The translations under genes and the position numbers were made by a program. Source: Octopus vulgaris (Eukaryota). Taken from it: 64,000 nucleotides of DNA. Under the pieces are notes generated by a model. It saw only the letters and a list, made by a program, of their open reading frames with translations, did not search any database and had not been told where the DNA came from. Where the stretch lies: NCBI GenBank assembly GCA_951406725.2, contig OX597819.1, forward strand, positions 38,130,001 to 38,194,000, given 5' to 3'. Below are positions 36,830 through 51,304 of this stretch, piece by piece. Within the stretch, counting starts at the first letter, position 1, and each line of letters begins with the position of its first letter.

Positions 36830-38810
36830 AAGAAGACTACCTCAAGAGAGTAAAGAAAATATGGACATCAGAACTCTTAGCTTACAATAAGCATATTGCC
36901 CACAATACCTTTGCAGTGCTTGTCCTCACACATTTAACCTTCTGAACTGGTCACAGTAAGAACTCAATGAGATAGATATTCGAACTTGCAAGCTGCTCAG
37001 TGTTACAGGAAACTTCAATATCAGTGAAGATGTAGACATGTTAAACCTCTATTGATGTTATATGGAGTGCATATTGAGACATTGAAGCAACATCCGCAGC
37101 AGAGGAAAGAGGAGAGTAACTACCTTGCTCAAGTTTGAGACCATGAAATCAACAACATAATTAGGATAGCTAATGAACTTGAGAAGTAAGAAATAAGAGC
37201 TGATACAGATCTCTCCCCAAAGAGCATCATTAGAATCTCTTTATCAGAAGGACAGAATAAAAAAATGGACCAGTTCACTAAGAATATAATATATAGGTAC
37301 TCGGCATGTAAAATACAAATCATAGAAGGGATTGAGTATGTCCTAAGCTTTGCATGGAGTACTTACAAGTTTATGTCATCTCACTTTGAAGTCTATCACC
37401 ATTAAATTCAACAATAATAGATTCCCACCAAGTACCTACAGTGGAGGCACATGGCCTAGTGGTTAGAGCAGCAGACTTGTGGTCGAGGGATCGCGGGTTT
37501 GAATCATAGACCGGGCGATGTGTGTGTTTGTGAGCGAAACGCCTAAGCTCCACGCGGCTCCGGCAGAAAGTAATGGCGAAACTTCTGCTGACTCTCTTGC
37601 CACAACTTTCTCTCACTCTTTCCTCCTGCATCTTGCAGCTCACCTGCGACAGACCAGCGTCCCGTCCAGGTGGGGAACCTATACGCCAAGGAAACTGGGA
37701 AACCAGCCCTTATGAGTGAGGCATGGCTTGAGAAGGAACGAAAATAAAAGTACCTACAGCATAAGAAGCAGAAAACATTGTCAGACAACAAATGTAAGCA
37801 GTACAAGATCAAGACTGAAGACATCAACCATATAATTGCCAACTGTGAGTGAATGTCTTCCAGATATTATCTTACCATGAGACACAATGGCACAGTGGCC
37901 AGGACAGTCTGGAACAGGATGACAAAAAAAAAAGCACCTACAGATGAATTTGACCATATTGAGACTGATGGGGGTCAAAAGAATATTGGTGGAACTTAAA
38001 AATTAAAATAGCCACCAACACAACCAGCTATGTATTGTTGTCTGGGTCCACAAGGAAAAGATATGTTCTGTTGTAGAAATCAGCTGCCCTCAGGACACCA
38101 ATGAGGTTAGAAAAATAGGATCTTTTCCTTTTGATAGCCAGATTTCAACACACTCCAGCCTTCACAGACATATTTTCCAAGACACAAGGCCTTTCTAGAT
38201 TAGGAGTATAATAAAATATAAATTCCATTTGTACACGCTTTCCGTATATTTTTTGTGTGACAGAATGTTGTCTCAGTTTTTAGATGCAGCAAATGATTTC
38301 AGCTCAAAAGAGAGCATAGGATTGGTTAAAACTCGAAAAATTAAACTACATTTATCAAAAAAGCCAAGTGAAAATAATGTTTTCTTTTGACACATTCTAC
38401 CAGTATACGAAGTTTTAAAGTGTTTAGTTAACTAGAAATTGTGTTGAAATCTGGCTATCAAAAGGAAAAGATCCAAAAAATACAAGAGAAAGAGGACATC
38501 TATAGACCATTGATAAGGAGTTTGCAAATCCAGTACCCAATATACACTTTTAGCTTCATACCTATTTTTATTGGAACAACAAAATACATGCCAACCCTCC
38601 TGGAGCAAAGTATGGCTGAATTTGGGATGATGGGGAAAGAGTGCAAATTCTTGATTCATATGCTACAAATGATTGCAATATCTGAGGCTATAAATGTCTG
38701 CAAAACCTTTCTAAGATTTAAAGGATGATGGTTAAAACAAGATGCTTTTCTTCACAGTATTGCTACCAAGTAGGTGGCCAGTCAAATTTATTCTGAATTA
38801 AAAAGAGAAA
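36830..38810 (+). mobile_element. fragmented RLE-type (R4/Dong-like) non-LTR retrotransposon
   Basis: Zn-knuckle relic CKQYKIKTEDINHIIANC, YLTMRHN, IVVWVHKEKICSVVEISCPQDTN, IPIFIGTTKYMP...CKTFLRF. Interrupted by a SINE (37441-37740) and an insert (~38115-38445). Confidence 0.75.
37441..37740 (+). mobile_element. tRNA-derived SINE family D
   Basis: GTGGAGGCACATGGCCTAGTGGTTAGAGCAGC...GGGTTTGAATC head. Related copies at 49872-50117 (-) and 52987-53285 (+). Confidence 0.8.
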
Positions 38811-39725
38811 CAGAACATGCATATGCACACATGTACACACACACACACATGCACACACACACACACACACACATGCACAATACATAAATACATACATACA
38901 TACATACATACATACATTCATTCATGGAAACATTTTATTTCCTCTGTAGCAACGAGGTGTATGATGCACAATGACAGTGGAGAATGCATTTCTGAGTGCA
39001 TGCATGCATGGCATGTTCATGTTTACCAGTTTTCTTACATTAAAATCAGTTCCATAACATGGTACTTGTGTTACACAAACATGAAATTCAATTGTCACAG
39101 AGAAAGATGAAAGGAAATCTAACTGAAGCTGAGAGGCGGGTGAAAGAAAGAAATGCGTGGGAGAGAGAGAGAGAGAGAGAGGGGGAGAGAGGGAGAGTGG
39201 GAGAGAGAGAGAGCGTGGGTGGGAATGGCATGAAAGAGGCAGTCGGTTGAATGAAATGAGAAGAAAACTAGAAAGGGAGAAAGTATTAGTGAGAAATATA
39301 GAAATATGGGAATAGAGAAAGTAAGTGGGAGGATATCAGATGACAGGGAAGCAGAGTGAGAGATTTAGAGAAAGATAATGCTGGAGAGATATGTATGCAT
39401 TTAAAGAACAGAACTGAGGAAACGGAGTAGAGGTATGAATGGAAGTGTGATAAGGAGTAATGACAAAAGACAGAGAGGAGAGTAAAATGGAATACGAGCA
39501 AGAGGGAGGTAGAGAGAGGGAGTTGAGGGAGAGAAGAGAGAGGGAGAGAGAGGAGAGAGGGAGGGAGGGAGAGGAGAGAGAATGAAATGTTGAAAGACAG
39601 AGAAAATAATAGTGGGAGAATTAGAGAGGTATATGTACGTATGTATGTATGTATGTGCATGTGTGTGTATGTATGTGTATGTATGTATGTATGTGCGTGT
39701 GTGTGTGTGTATGTATGTATGTGTG

Positions 39726-39759
<34 letters not shown>

Positions 39760-42700
39760 TATATAGAGAGAGGGAGAGATAGAGAGGGGGGGAGAGAGTG
39801 ATAGAGGGAAAATATGAGGCATTGAAATGCAGAGGAAGTGACAGTGAGAGTCAGAGATGAATGTGTGTGTGTGTGTATGGTGGAAGGGCGGAGGGAAAGA
39901 GAGGGGGAGGGAAAAGTGTGTGAGAGAGAGAGAGAAGTTAATGAAAGAAAACATATGGAAAAAGACAAATGACTTGAAGCTATGAAGATTCATCATTGTA
40001 ATGAGGTTGTTCAGTAAGGAAGATGACAACAACAATAACAAGAAAAACACTAAATATCAGAAATATTGATTTAAAAAGATATGAATATCTGTGAAATTCA
40101 ACTTCTACAGATAGAGTTTTATCGCAGAGAGCAGACATTTGTCTCTGCTAGCTCGTGACTTACTAACACAATTTGTAAATAACATTTATAGAAAATACAT
40201 TGATATATATTTTATTTGTTCCTTCAAATTTCTCTGTGCTTTGGGTTTCATTCTCACTATTAACTCCTATCCTTTCAATATCTTTCACACACACTCTTTC
40301 TCTCATCATTTTACGTCTATCTTTTATTTTTTTATTTTTTTTTTTTTGTTATTTAGTCCTCTTTACTATCCATAATTTTTCTCTTTTTCTATTCCCCTAT
40401 CTCTTTCCATATCCAATTTTCTTAATTCTGTTATTCTTTATTTTTCTGTCATGTATCATCATCCTTCCTTCTTTCATCCCCTTCTTTCTGTCTGTCTAAC
40501 TCACTCCTTCTCTCTCTCTCTCTCTCACATGTGCTCTCTCTCTCACACATGCACTTTCTCTCTGTCTCTCTCTCTGTTTCTCTCTCCCTCCAAATTCCAC
40601 TGAATTTCATACTTTGCCTTTTTTCTCCACATCTAATTTCCTTCATTTCATGTTTCCCACACCTTCCACCCCACTTCTTTCTCTTTCATTCTCATGACAA
40701 AATGAATGTGAAACAATTCACTTTAATATCAATATTATATCAATATTTTTTTTCAAAAGACAAAATTAAATTACTGAATCTTGTATTGTTTTCAATGATT
40801 TGAAACAGACAAATCATCATCAATTTTTTTCCACATTTACTCCTTTATTATTATTTTTTTCTTTTTTACATTCTCTTTGATCATATACAAGAGGTCTCAA
40901 GTGGTCATGGTACTGAGTTGCCGACCTTCCAGAAAAATGACAATGCCAGATCAAGATAGCCACTGGGTTTAAGTAACTGTTTTAGAAGCTTCTACCAATG
41001 GTATATGTTAAACCAAACATCAGATAAAATCATATTTTAAATATGACTTTCAGGGGTTCTGTTGAAGAATACAGTTGGTCAAGATGAATGAGGAATCACA
41101 ACTACAAGCCAAGAGATCAGCAGTGTGTGTCACTGGAGATCAGTGGATAAGTCCTAACAGTATAAAGGCACAGTTACTATCACACATCAAAGGAATGACC
41201 TTGTGATCACCATTAGCCATGGACAACTCAATTAAAATCTTCAAAGTTGCTACAAATGTCTGATTCCCTAATCTATGATGAGCTTAGCACAGCTAAAACC
41301 ACATTCTAAAGATTTGCCTCCATTCAAAGTTAGAACATACTTCAGCTCTGATCAGTTGATTTACAATGAATTCAGGGATGGTACCAGAATATTCAGTAGC
41401 CAAGAGCAATCTTAAAGTGTGTTCATCTTTCTATAATTTTTTCCTATAATTTCCTCCAGCCACTACCTTTATACCTATTGAAAAATGCAACCAAAATATT
41501 TTAATTAACTTATGAACAAGAAATCATTAGTTTTATGGTTGTATATTTCATTAGCTAAATTTGGAATGTTTCAAATGATGTGTAAGTCAGTCATTTGTAT
41601 TACTTAATCAAATTATACTCAAGAGAAAAGTTACTCGCAAAAGACTAGTGTCCTATCATCATCATAATTGTTTAACGTCCGCTTTCCATGCTAGCATGGG
41701 TTGGACAATTTTGACTGAGGGCTGGCAAACCAGATGGCTGCACCAGGCTCCAGTCTTGATCTGGCAGAGTTTCTACAGCTGGATGCCCTTCCTAATGCCA
41801 ACCACTCTGAGAGTGTAGTGGGTGCATTTTATGTCAAATAAAGGATATTTGTTTTTCATCATTCTACATCTCAGAAAGAGGGAAGTAATTTTCAGCTCAG
41901 AGAATTGTAGATCCCTGTAAATTTTAATAAACTAACAATAATATAACTGGATTCAGGATCACATCATATCTTTGTACTTAAAATGTATGATCGAGCTCAG
42001 CAGTTTGTGCCGGATCACCAACATTCTTCTGTGTCTTTGGCCATGACAAAGATATTTAAACTCTTTATGGTTCAGCTGTGAAATGGATTCCATAGAGAAT
42101 TATGGTTCCTAGCTGGAAAGTTGCACTGGCAATTGTTGCTTAATCAACAAATGTTTTGTTAGCTTGCCATGCTTAGAACAAACCCTCCCATGGGTAGCAA
42201 GTCTGATAAAATTATTGCTTGTTTAGGCAAAGGGAAGATGTTTCGCAATTGCTTAACATCATCAAAGGAAATGAAATTGGAATAAGTCCAGCATAACAAT
42301 TTTTCATATATCATATTGCCTTCACCACCACCACTGTTGCTGCTTCCACTACCACTGTTGCCACTACCACCACCACCAAAACTACTGCCACCACCGCCAC
42401 CACCAACACCACTACCACCACCACCAACACCAACACCATCACTGCCACCACCACTGCCACCGCTGCCACCAGCACCATTGCTATCATGCTCATTAGCATT
42501 ATCACCATCATTATCACCCCTCCTATCCATTGCCTTGTTTTAATATCCATTTTTCTAGGATTTGACCAAAACTATTATGGCATACATACTGCTTCTCCCA
42601 ATCTTATACTAGAATATTAAATGTTCTGATAATTAGATAACTGATCTCAGCACCTCTTTCAATAGCCTTTTCCCTATCCTTCTATATTCTGCCATAAGAA

Positions 42701-45231
42701 TTTCCATTATCAGCACATGACATTTGTTTACCCAATGCTTATTGTCCATTTATATCACATGTCCTTACAAACACACACATTCCATTTCTGAACATATAGG
42801 CTGATGCCTTTAATGTTCAGCCACTCTCTCAGTTCACTTGTGATCTAACTAGATCAATGGTTCTTAATCTTTTTGATTTTGTGGCTCACCAAAGATCAAA
42901 CCAGAAAAAAAAAAGAAAAGAAAATTACTAATACAACTTATATGGGAAGTTAAAAATTACTGGTGCATGTCACATAGGATGTTAAAAAAAAAAAACTTCC
43001 TTTTAAATACCTCTCATTTACTGTTCACTTTTCGGTCTTTTTTTGTGTTTTATTCTGTGTATTGTACATGCACTTTTGGCTTTCATCGCTATCTTTCTTT
43101 ACTTGACTTATTGCTGCTTTCTGTCCTCTCTTTTACCCTTTTTTTGATGAGTTGTAGTGCACTGGAGCACTGCATACAACCAGCTTGTTATCATTATAAT
43201 AAAGGCTGTAAGCTGGTAGAATTTTTAGCATGTCAGTCAAAATGCTTAGTAACATTTCTACCAGCTTTATGTTCTGAGTTCAAATTTTGCTGAAATTTGA
43301 CTTTATCTTTCACCCTTTTAGGGTCAATAAAATGAGTGCACTCAGGTTGATGTAATGTAATCAACTAGTCCTTTTTCCCAAAATGCCAGGCCTTGCACCT
43401 ATAGTAGAAGGAATAATTATTACTCTAAAGTTAAAAATTTAGAAAATAATTCATATTATTAATAATACATTATTAATCATACTTGTGTATAATCCTTTCT
43501 ACTATAGGCACATAGGCACAAAGCCTGAAATTTGCAGGGGTGAGGTAAGTTGATCACATCAATCCCTGTGTTCAACTTTTACTTATTTCATTGACTCCCA
43601 AAGGGGTGAAAGGTAAAGTCAACCTTGGTGGAATTTGAACTCATAACATAGCGTTGAGTGAAAAACCACTAAGCACTTCGTCCAGCATGCTAATGAATCT
43701 GTCAGCTCGCTGTCTTGTCTAGCATTATGAATAATATGATTTTTTCAAACCTCTCAAGATTTTGTATGGATTTTTCTCTTTTCCAAAGCCTTAAAATTAT
43801 GTTTTTAAATACATACAGTGCACCATTTAAGAACTACTGCTATACAAAAAGACAGAATAGTCAAGGCTAGAATGCCTTTGATCATAGGCCTACATAATCA
43901 CAGTTGACAAAGAAATGGGTAAGGTCTCAGGCAGTCATGAGACGTTCTAAAAACAACAGCATAGTTACAACAACTTGACTAAATGAATTTTGAATAAAAA
44001 GAAAAACAATTACATCTGACAATGGAATTCTGGTTTAAGCATCCTATATAACCCCTCATAGCATTTAAATTTTGGGGATGTTCAGAAAATTTCTGTGAAG
44101 ATGTGTTCTACACATGGGAATCCATGTGATCATGAAAAAATAAACCACAAATTTTTTATTTGTGTGTGATTTAAAGGTAATTTAGCTGTTGTTTTTAGCA
44201 CATCTCACGATCACCTGAAACCTTCCTCCTTTCTTTGTCACTCTCACATGTATTGATTTTTTTCAATATTTTTCTCCTCATAAACATATTTAATGAAATT
44301 ATGATGCACCCAAAGGTGCTCCATTGCTTGGATTTAAGCAAAAAATTCAGACTGTCCATATTTTAAATTCTGATTTTTAAAAAAAATTTGAAAAATAGTG
44401 AAAATTTTAGGATTTATGGGGAGGGGTGGGGAGTGGGTAGGTGGGTTAAAAAATTGAAAAATTTTTTTTTTTCATAATTGCATGAATTCTCCTATATAGA
44501 ACAAAAATTCACAGAAAATCTTCTGAAAATTCCCAAAAATTAAAAAGTTATATAGGGTTATATAGGGTGCTTAAACAGAATTCCACTCATCTGACATATT
44601 AGTTAATTTAGTCAAATTTAAGATAAATTATTCATATTGCTTTCAAATTTTGACACAAGGTCAGCAAATTTGGGTGAGGTGGTAAGATGATTACACCAAT
44701 TAGGTACTTATTTTATCAACACTGAATGGAGGAATGGTAGAGTTGACCTCAGTGGAATTTGAAGTCAGAATGCAAAGATGGATGAAATGCTGCTAAGCAT
44801 TTTGCTTGGCATACTAATGATTCTGCTAGCTCACAGCCTTATGATAAATTATTCATATTATTTCATCAAAGAAGCCATTTTGTTCATGTGTCTTTATATA
44901 TTGGTTCAGAATATATTTTGGCTTCTGATATTTTAGACATTGTCATTTTAATTAGTTTGTGTATTCCTTCTACTTTTATCTTAAAATGTGGATTTTACAT
45001 TTAAAAAAAAAAATTGTCTTTTTCACTAGATTTTCACCAGGAAATTGTTGTAATCTATTGCTTATTCTAGTTTATGCTAGGATTGAAGAGGTGCTAGAGT
45101 GTTAGATAGAATGCCTCACGGTATTTGTACCAAACTTTTCCTGTATTCTGATGTCAACTTTACTTTTTCATTCTTCTAGGGTTGATAAAGATAAATAAAG
45201 TATCAGTCAAGTATTGGGATTAATTGTTCTT

Positions 45232-45277
<46 letters not shown>

Positions 45278-45989
45278 CTCAGAACTGGCTATATTATACT
45301 GTGAGAAGGTTCAACAGGAACCCCTTACAGCGTCCATTTCTCTAGAGATTGAGGACTGAGTAAGGTCTAGTAAACTCTTTTCATAGAAAACAGACATGCT
45401 ACTGGAACTGTTCAAGGACCGACTGATGTGTGGTACAATATGGAACAAGGATAAAGAAAAGATGAGAAGGGGAGAAGGAAAAGGAGAGGAAGAAGAAAAG
45501 GAAAGGAGGAGGAAAAGGAGAGGAGGGGAGGAGGATGAGAGGGAGGAGGATGAGAAGGAGAAAGAGGAGGAGAGGGAGGAGGAAAGGGAGGAGGATGAGA
45601 AGAAGAAGAAGAAGAAGAAGAAGAAGAAGAAATTAAAAAAGATGTGATCTACGTTTTTCTTCATGTCTATTTACACTTAGGTAGACTGTTCCACTGAGAG
45701 TTAAGTCTCTGCTCAGGACACAGCAATATTAAACTCAAATATATTTAACATTCATATTTTTGACTATTTTTAATCAAAACTACAAATTCTACTTTTCCTT
45801 AATAATTACACAAGAGATAATAACATGGCCAATGCTAAGATATTCAGTGACCTTGGAAAGTTCTACAACTCCTAGCCCAGTGTTTCCCAACCAGTTATCC
45901 CCCAGGACACACTATAACTTTCCTGATAAATGTATGCCCCACTGGTGGTTGATAAAAAACCTTTTTTAAAATCCTAATACAAAACATCT

Positions 45990-46385
45990 ACTCTTTTACT
46001 TATTTCAGTCATTTGACTGTGGCCATGCTGGAGCACCACCTTTAGTCAAGCTAGTCGACTCCAGGACTTATTCTTTGTAAGCCTAGTACTTATTCTATTG
46101 GTCTCTTTTACTGAACATGGACGTACATGGACGTAAACACACCAACAACGGTTGTCAAGCGATGTGGGGGGGGGGCCAAACAGACACACAAACATATACA
46201 CACATACACAGATATATACATATATATGACAGGATTCTTTCAGTTTCCACCTAACAAATCCACTCACAAGGCTTTGGTCGACCCAAGGCTATAGTAGAAG
46301 ACACTTGCCCAAGGTGCCATGCAGTGGGACTGAACCTGGAACCATGTGGTTCGTAAGCAAGCTACTTACCATACGGCCATTCCTA
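45990..46385 (-). mobile_element. tRNA-derived SINE family B
   Basis: Homologous to 17398-17774. Confidence 0.85.
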
Positions 46386-46798
46386 CTGGTAACTTTTTTA
46401 TTAATTACTAAGTACAAAAATAAGTACTTTATTGACTAAGAAAAAAGTAGTGAATCACTTAAATGAGGACCTTGTGCCTACCAGCTATGGCAGATTTCCT
46501 TGATTTGAAGAGAAAATTTTGTTAGCTTCAGCTATAAATCACCACGTTTTGTAATCTCAAGTCAGCTATCCACACTAGGGCATTAGAATAGCCTTATATT
46601 GTAGTAAATAGTCTTCACACAGTATGCTTGAGGGATTGGTCTGGCTAGGCTGAGTATAGGTGTAGTATGTTTGCTGTGAAAAAAAAAGGTTTTCACAATT
46701 CCATGTCCCATAAAAAAAGAAAGAAAAAATATTTTGGATCTCATGACCCACTACAATTTTCCCAGGCCTTACATTGGGAATCATTGTTCTAGCCTTTA

Positions 46799-47095
46799 TC
46801 CCAGCTCTACAATGTGTACCCCACCCCATCTTTCAGCTTTGTAATGTGCATCCCTTCTCTTAGTCTTATAATGTGCACCTCCCTTGTCCCAGCCCGCAAT
46901 GTGCACACCTTCTCCAAACTCTACAGTATGTACCTTCTTCCTGTGCTAATGTTGACTTTGTCTCCCAGTCTTACAATGTATGCCCTCTTCTTGCAGCCCT
47001 ACAATGTGTTTCCTCTTCTCTCAGTACTACAATGAACACCACCTCTCATCTTTACATTCAGCTCCTTTTTTCTCCCAGCTCTACAATGTGCACTT
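46799..47095. repeat. degenerate ~28-30 bp minisatellite (core CAGCYYTACAATGTG)
   Basis: About 9 diverged units with pyrimidine-rich linkers. Confidence 0.75.
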
Positions 47096-47293
47096 AGTTC
47101 CAGCCATGATCAACACATATTTTTTTTGTTTTGGTTTCAAGATTCAGAATATCCAAAACTACGTAACCCAATATGTTCCTCCTTTATTAAGAAGGTGTGT
47201 GGTAATCTAAGAGCGATTTTGCTGCTATTTCTAGCAGGGCAAGTGACCGCACAGAAGTTCCTTTCATTAGTTGTTGCTGCCTCTGTTGATACC

Positions 47294-47707
47294 TATTTCT
47301 TTACTACCCACAAGGGGCTAAACACAGAGGGGACAAACAAGGGCACACAAACGGATTAAGTCGATTATATCGACCCCAGTGCATAACTGGTACTTATTTA
47401 ATCGACCCCGAAAGGATGAAAGGCAAAGTCGACCTCGGCGGAATTTGAACTCAGAACGTAGCGGCAGACGAAATACCTATTTCTTTACTACCCACAAGGG
47501 GCTAAACACAGAGGGGACAAACAAGGACAGACAAACGGATTAAGTCGATTATATTGACCCCAGTGCGTAACTGGTACTTATTTAATCGACCCCGAAAGGA
47601 TGAAAGGCAAAGTCGACCTCGGCGGAATTTGAACTCAGAACGTAGCGGCAGACGAAATACCGCTAAGCATTTCGCCTGGCGTGCTAACGATTCTGCCAGT
47701 TCGCCGC
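47294..47707 (-). mobile_element. young SINE family A copy with duplicated body
   Basis: CpG-intact; perfect TSD CTCTGTTGATACC at 47281-47293 and 47708-47720. Confidence 0.92.
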
Positions 47708-48972
47708 CTCTGTTGATACCACCGTCATTACTGGTACTGCTGTTAATGCTGCTATTATCTTCAATGTCAAGCTGATACTCCATTGCTAATGCTTCATTGT
47801 TTTACCTTTTATTTAAAAAAAATAAAACATATGCAGGTAGGTAGGGAGGGACATTTAAAATAATTGTTTCTATTTAAATGTCAAATTTAGAAAAAAAAAA
47901 AAAAATTTCAAGAATGGGATGAAAAAAAGAAAAGGAAAAAAAAAATAACAATAATAATCCATTCGATGAAAATAAAATGTTTATAATGTTTGTGGTGATG
48001 TTCTTTATGAGGAATAAAACAGCTTAATTATATTATTCATACAGTACAATGTCAAGAAACACACTCATAAAACACAAATAACCAACACACACATAATGAA
48101 AACACACACATACAGAAAACACACATATATATATCAAACACATACATAATGTTAATACAAATATATAATGAACACATGCATATCTCTATAACAAAAGAAA
48201 AAACAAAAACAAAAAGTAAAATGGTTACTTCATGCTGATGAATGACTAAATGCAAATGCCTTCAGCAAGCAGTTTGGTAATAGTTTTAGTATCTTTTGAC
48301 TATCTTTTATTGATTCTAAGAAAACTCCTGGTGATTACCAAGTGTGGTTGTTTTTATTTTTATTTTTCCTTTTTTTTTTATATTTAAGTTATTTTTCAAC
48401 TTTATTTTACATTCTTTTGAACTTTTAGTTTAAATTCCCTTTTTTTAACTTTCAATTAACTTATTTATCATCCCTGTTTATTATTTATTTATTGGTAAAT
48501 GAAATTGGAATGTGTTGAAGAGGAAACTCCCCACCAAAAAAAAAAAAAAAACCCCAAGAAAATAATAAATAATATTATTATATATTCACAAAGGTTAAAT
48601 TTTATTGTTAGATCTATTGAGCAAGGAAGTAGGATAAAAATTGAAATTTGAAATTAAGTGACCTAGTCAGAGCTAAATTTCCTGTTTCAAAATTCAAATG
48701 TTCCTTTCTCTTAGGCATTCACCCCAGGAACATTCTGGAGGAAATGTTATTAGTCATCTTTTGTGATTTTTGATGTGTCGGTAACATGTGTCGGTAAAGT
48801 ACATAGTACATGGTGACATCATATGTTCAACATTTGGATAAGTTTTCTACTCAAGATATCAATTGCATATGAGCTCGAAGACACACATGCACACATATAC
48901 ACACACGTCTATATGAGGCAGAAAATTTACTCACACTTGACAAAGATTTTCATTATGTTGTAATTCTGTATA

Positions 48973-49140
<168 letters not shown>

Positions 49141-49145
49141 CAGAC

Positions 49146-49194
<49 letters not shown>

Positions 49195-49418
49195 CCCACA
49201 CACACACATATATAGAGCAATAAGAAATTGGAGGGGATCAATGGGTGGTTCATCAACTTTTAGACATTATATTATATCAATTTATTTATTTATTTACTAA
49301 AATGACAATTACAAGAATATACATACATGTATAATATATTATGCTTTACATATAAAATATATAAAGATACCAGTAATTATTAAAATATATAACATACAGG
49401 AATTGAAATTGGGAAAAT

Positions 49419-49541
49419 ATCTTACAGCTGTTTCAGCCAAGAGGCAAAAATACCTCATTCTACCTTTATTACTCCAGTAGACTGAAGTAATCAGTAAATG
49501 AAATTGAGGTATTTGAAGTTTCTCTAGGCTTCGTCAGAGAT
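49419..49541 (-). ncRNA. type-I minimal hammerhead ribozyme with ~95-nt rod-like stem II
   Basis: Minus strand: atct CTGACGA agcctagag..aaatacctca..attacttcagt cta ctggagtaat..tgaggtattt..ctcttggct GAAAC AGCT GTA agat. Confidence 0.85.
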
Positions 49542-49637
49542 TTTAGAATGTACTTTCTAAAATCTCTTTAACCATATGTTTTCTGTATTTCAGTAATACA
49601 ATATATGTGTGTATGTACATGTATGTATATGTGTGCA

Positions 49638-49686
<49 letters not shown>

Positions 49687-49699
49687 ATGTATATGTATA

Positions 49700-49870
49700 T
49701 ACAAGGTGTTGCTGAGAAATCCCTGACTTTAAAGGTATCACAAAGGGCCTGTTTGGAGGCCCAACCTTCTGAGTTCTTTTACAGAGCTTAGAAAATTGGA
49801 AGACCACTGCAATAAATGTGCGAATCTAAGTGGGGGATATGTTGAATAAAATCATAATTAACTAATCCAC
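49700..49870 (+). mobile_element. internally deleted mariner fragment
   Basis: TA|CAAGGTGTTGCTGAGAAAT TIR-like start joined to ...KLEDHCNKCANLSGGYVE*. Confidence 0.7.
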
Positions 49871-49871
49871 C

Positions 49872-50117
49872 TAGCATATAGGTTCCCCACCTGGAGGGAA
49901 CGCTGGTCCGTTGCAGGCAAGCTGCTAAATGCAGGAGGAGAGAATGAGAGAAAGTGGTGGCAAAAGAGTCAGCAGAAGTTTGCCATTACCTTCTGCCGGA
50001 GCTGCACGGAGCTTAGGTGTTTCACTCATAAACACACACATCACCAGTTCTGAGATTCGAACCTGCGATCCCTCGACTGCAAATCTGCTGCTCTAACCAC
50101 TAGGCCATGTGCCTCCA
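49872..50117 (-). mobile_element. SINE family D
   Basis: Reverse complement of 37441-37690. Confidence 0.8.
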
Positions 50118-51304
50118 TGTATAGTAATATTACAATCATGAAATTAGCATTAGCTTATCTTACTTTTTTGGGGGGAACCCCTAGGAATCTTTTGTGTAAC
50201 CCTAGGGTTCCGGGGACCCCGGTTGAGAAACACTGCTATAAACCATCTCCTTTATAGCACCATACCTGCTCTTGTCCCTCTATCACACTTTAATCTCCCC
50301 ACACCTGGCATAAAACCAACACCCCTTTCCTTAAAATAGTGCCCCTACCACTAAGTCAAGGGGCCTTTTTCCTTTCCTTGTTCTGCTCCTGCCTTGCAAG
50401 TTACTTGGTTGCCTCACTAGTGCTGGTGGCATGAAACAAAGCACCCAGTACATGCTGTAAAGGGGTTTGCATTAGAAAGGGCATAGAGGTGGAGAATGCA
50501 TGATAAAACAGATGCTGGAGCTTGATGGAGCCCTGCTGTTTGCTGGGCCCTGTCAAATCAACCTAACCACGGTGCCAGAATGGAAAATGGATGTTTAAAC
50601 AACGAGGAGAAGGAATGATTACACACACACACACAGACATTAGGAAGGGCATCCAGCCATAAAAACCCTGCCAAAACAGACACAGTAACCTGGGGTAGTC
50701 TTCTACTGTCCTACCCCTGCATGCATGAAAAACAGATGTTAAACAATGATGATGATGATGATGATGATGACAACGATGAGACACATACATGCACACACCC
50801 ACACACACATAGATGCACACATACACATATATAGATGCTCACATGCACACATATATAGATGCATGCATGCGCTCACACACACACACATCTATAATATAAA
50901 TTGGACATGGGCGATTGTTGTATTCTTTCTTGTCTTAGGGTTCACAGCCAAACGGCTGGGTGGATTCGCATGAAAAATGGCACACATGTGGAGACAGGTG
51001 CATGGATTGGGAATGCAGTTTGTATTTTTTTCCTAACCCCCATACTTACTGAGAAAATCGATTAAAACTTTTTCTGATGGAATTCCTCTCTTTCTTCCGC
51101 CATTATAACAACCAGTTGCTTAGAAGCTGTTTTCTGATGGGGTGGGGTCAGGAAATTTTCATATAGCTGGAGGCTCCAATCGAAACAGGGGACCCGAAAT
51201 GATAAGGTTGAGAAACGCTGTTATAGATTATGCCTGACCGAAAACGATCACGGCCACATCATCCAAACAGACTGGGTGAAACTGGGCTTAGCTGCTAGTA
51301 TATA

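Noticed and set aside
39286-40050. Longest ORF (254 aa)
   Set aside because: Low-complexity CT/CA/TACA repeats lacking stops by composition.
42159-42550. Gly-rich / Pro-rich ORFs
   Set aside because: Degenerate (CCA)n microsatellite open in several frames.
46799-47095. Repeat-spacer look resembling CRISPR
   Set aside because: Units are diverged, linkers are short and similar, the context is eukaryotic and there are no cas genes; it is a minisatellite.
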